A DNA stretch of 63,153 nucleotides, filler included, from Folioceros fuciformis (taxonomy: Eukaryota): assembly GCA_049999805.1 (NCBI GenBank). It is 4 parts of 3 records of this genome, joined end to end, with 100 filler letters (N's around TTAATTAATTAA, not from the genome) between each part and the next. Parts side by side here need not be neighbours in the genome. Positions count along the whole stretch, not along the records: positions 59,444 to 63,153 come from JBNGIO010005812.1; 3 more parts are not named here. One strand, written 5' to 3'. Shown piece by piece: positions 59,768 through 63,153 of the stretch. Numbering within the stretch: the stretch's first letter is position 1; every line of letters starts with the position of its first letter. Under the pieces are notes generated by a model that saw only the letters and a program-made list of their open reading frames with translations, did no database searches and had not been told where the DNA came from. A program made the translations under genes and the position numbers.

Positions 59768-62700
59768 ATGGGGCTAAAGCAACAGTGGCGTTGTTGGTAC
59801 GATGAGCCACTGGAAGGGAAGGTCGAATGCCGTATATGCCAAGTACAGTTTGCATATAAAGCAGAACGTTGCTTCAGCCACCTTGGATACGACAAGACCA
59901 AGAACCCTGGTGTAGGTCGTTGCAAGGTAGCTAGTACGCATGTGCTGAGCATGTTTCGGGACTGCAACGGCAAAAACATCCCACAACGGCCAGCGGCGCA
60001 CGTTCCCATGCCACCCGAATGTAGCGCTGCCACGAGGAGTATTGCACCCATTCCAGCAACTCCCAGTTCACCACCAATCGACTCGTGTGGCGGGTCTCAA
60101 AATCAAGATCCCTCTAATAGGGCAAGCACAGAAACGCAGAGGGTGTCGCACTGCAGTGGAGGGAGTCGGGCACTACAGCAGAGCACAATTCAGACCGGCT
60201 TTGCAGTGCAAGAACGTGCTGTTGTTGATCAAGCATGGGCATCATTCTTCTATGAACAAGGCATTCCTTTTGCAGCGGCCCGGTCAAAGACATTCAAGCA
60301 GGCCGTTACTGCAACGGCCAATCTAAGGAAACCATACTTGCCTCCTTCTTACCACGACCTTCGAAAGCGACTTCTAGATCAGAAGAAGAAGGATCTGCAA
60401 TCTCGGCTGGGGAAGTTGTTGGACCCGCAAGTCGAGAGCTTCGGGTGTACGATATCCATTGATGGGTGGAGCAGTGTGCAGAATCGCCCACTAATGAATG
60501 TCATGAAGATATGCCCCGCTGGCGAAGAATTCATTGGTTCCGTAGATGCATCTGGTCAGATCAAGAATGCAATTTATGTGGCGGAAATGTTGGGCAAGTA
60601 CATCGAAGCTGTCGGACCAGGAAATGTTGTTCAAATTTGTACTGACAATGCTCCGGTTATGAAAAACGCAGCGGACATTCTGATAAAGAAGTGGCCTCAC
60701 CTCTATTTCCAAGGTTGTGCTGCTCACGTGCTAAACCTCCTACTTGGAGATTGGGGGAAGGTGAATTGGGTGAAAGATGTCATTGATGATGTAAGGGACA
60801 TTGTGAAGTTTGTGAAGAACCGGCACATGCCTTTAGCCATTTTCAGGGAGCACGAGAGCAACCTGAACCTGTTGTCACCGGGGGCTACTCGTTTTGCAAC
60901 AAGTTTCATCATGGTGGAGAGGTTTGTGAAGGCTAAGAGGGGTCTGCAACAAATGGTAATAGATCCACGATGGGATGCATACGTAAGCGATCTGAGGGCA
61001 AGTCGGGATCGCGAAACCAATCACAAGGCACGAGAAGTGAAGAGGCTCATCAACGATGACAGGCTGTGGACATCATGCCAGAATTTTGTACACATTGTAT
61101 GGCCCGTAGTACTTGCGCTTCGAGAATTCGATGGAAAGAAGCCCCGCACTGATAAGGCATACAAAGTTATGAAGAACTTGGAGAAGCACATCATTCACCT
61201 CAAGCATGCACCATTTAGTTTGCCAGTACCCCTATGTGACGCATTGCATCGGCAGTTCACGAAGCGTTGGGGAATGATGCGCACGGACCTACACCATGCA
61301 GGGGCGCTCTTGAATCCAAGACTTGTCGACGATAAGGAGCTCAGGATGGATACTGATGCCCAAGCCGGGCTGAACCGAGTATTTTTGAAGATAGGAGGTC
61401 CGCAGAACTTAACTGCGCTATTGGACGAATTCCACACTTACTTCTACAAGCTTCCCCCGTACGAAGAGGCGTGGAATGTGCAGAAGTATGATGGAGCACC
61501 GCACTTGTGGTGGCACATGGTAGGGGCCACTGTTGGGAAGCTTCTTCCACCTATTGCAAGGAGGGTGTTAGCCCAAGTGGTGTCATCTTCTTCATGCGAA
61601 AGGAATTGGAGCAGCTACTCGTTTGTGCACAGCAAAAGCCGCAACAGATTGCACGCCAAACGAGCGGAAGACTTGGTGTATGTATACACCAACTCAAAGA
61701 TCCTAGACGGAAAGCCGGAGAAGAAAGACACGGCCGAGGAGGATTGGTATCGACAAAATCAACATGCAGAGGACTCTGATTCTGAGGGGCCTGGGAATTC
61801 AGATGATGAACCCATCGATGACCATACGGAGCACGAAGACGCCACCGTTGATATAGAGGAGGAGGATGTCGCAGACCTTCGTGCAAGAAATGCCTACTAT
61901 GACGTTGACCAGTACGAGCTTGAGAATTGGCAGGACCGAAATTTCGGAGTTCGTTCGGCCCGTGAACGATGTGATGACACCTCCGAACATGGGGAGGACA
62001 TCCCGGATGGAGAAGGGGGGGAGGAAGTAGAACCCGTGTTACGCTACATGGATGGCACTGGTCGACTTAACAGTGCAAACATCTTAGGAATGGGCGCTAC
62101 TGAAACTCAAGCTCGTGGAGTGGAGGAAGGCGAGGTAAATTCTCCTCCTTCTCTAGACCCTGTTACCTCAACGCATTTAGAAACTCAGGAACCCACCGTG
62201 ACATTTGATGTAAGGGGCGGCAGAGCGGTGCACATTGATGACATCCTTGTCCATGGGCACGAAGGGCATGAGGAGTTCAACAACATACAAGATGCAAGAG
62301 TTGCACCGCCGGAGTCTGATGGGGTCCGCAATAGCGCCATTGCACAGGACTTGCCAATGCAGCCTAGGACCGAAGCCGTAGCCCCAATAGCGCATGCTAG
62401 GGGTCCAATGGCCAGCACGGAAGGGGGTGGAAGACGGGGTCTTCATACGCCATTGACGGGGCTCTACACGGATGATTCCAGTGACGACAACATGACCCTG
62501 GAAGCACAAGTACTACGTACGCGGCGTATTGCTGAGAATAGGGCTCTTGCTAACGAACCATCACGCCTTCGAGAAGTGGTTGGATTGGAAGACACAGGCC
62601 CCACAGTTGCTGAAGTCATGGCAGCCGACATTAATAGGCCCCTTCCACAAGTAGCCCCCCTTCGGAGGATGCAGTCCAACAACCCGAAGGAGATGAGGGC

Positions 62701-63136
62701 GTTTCCAACCGTGGCACCTTTTAATCCGGGCCGCACACCAACACCCGTGCCACCATTTCTGGAACCCAATGCAATGCGAAACCGCAACGGCAGACGCTCT
62801 AGGCCACTTCCCACTGCTCTGGGCACGGCAACAGCGCCTGGGGATTTTGGGGCACCAAGGACATCACAACAGATTGCCATAGAAGGTCCGGGTCCGTCGA
62901 AGGGGAGCTCGGGGAGGAAGAGACAGAGGACTACAACCCCCACTAGTATTACCCGTGACAATTTGGGAAACAAAGAAACCCAAGCCCGCCCTCGCAAGCA
63001 AGCAAGGGCAATAGCAGAAGGGGTTGACGATGGGAGCAGTACTGATAGCAGCAGTGCGGACCGCGCCGCACACCATGATGGTGATGACGAAACTAGTGGG
63101 GCGGAGGTGCCAAATGATAGTACGTACAAGCCTTAG
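59768..63136 (+). mobile_element. hAT-superfamily transposase (BED-like Zn finger, DUF659, dimerization domain) with long low-complexity tail
   Basis: CRIC..HL..C, SIDGWS, CTDNA, CAAHVLNL, TRFAT, LLNP, WW and SSSCERNWS..HSKSRNRL..LVYV. Uninterrupted ORF from ATG at 59768. Confidence 0.93.
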
Positions 63137-63153
63137 AGTATAGGACTTAGGAC

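Overview
Eukaryotic nuclear DNA from a seed-free land plant. A hornwort-like bryophyte is inferred from the short GT-AG introns, a very long PLS-class PPR gene with a 'WW'-type PG box, and a TORNADO1-like gene; the taxon is not proven. The window is four scaffold pieces joined by artificial N44-TTAATTAATTAA-N44 linkers (15919-16018, 38667-38766, 59344-59443), so adjacency across those points is not biological. Piece 1 holds a CRE-like non-LTR retrotransposon remnant with a solo LTR inserted, a frameshifted COX10 copy, a MITE, and the standout gene at 10029-14228. That gene is a TORNADO1-like LRR-Roc-COR protein whose C-terminus is a complete animal-caspase-like p20/p10 protease domain, followed by two decayed tandem copies of that domain. 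Piece 2 holds a Copia remnant, a complex minisatellite, a ~1800-aa PLS-E+ PPR protein with an N-terminal OSB-type PDF-like motif, a CHR chromate transporter and a VAMP72 SNARE. Piece 3 holds LTR debris, an intronless kinase-domain-only CIPK-like gene, glutamine-dependent NAD synthetase, a CYP85-clan P450 and a degenerate Copia element. Piece 4 holds an intact hAT transposase ORF. All family calls come from motif recognition by eye; no searches were run.
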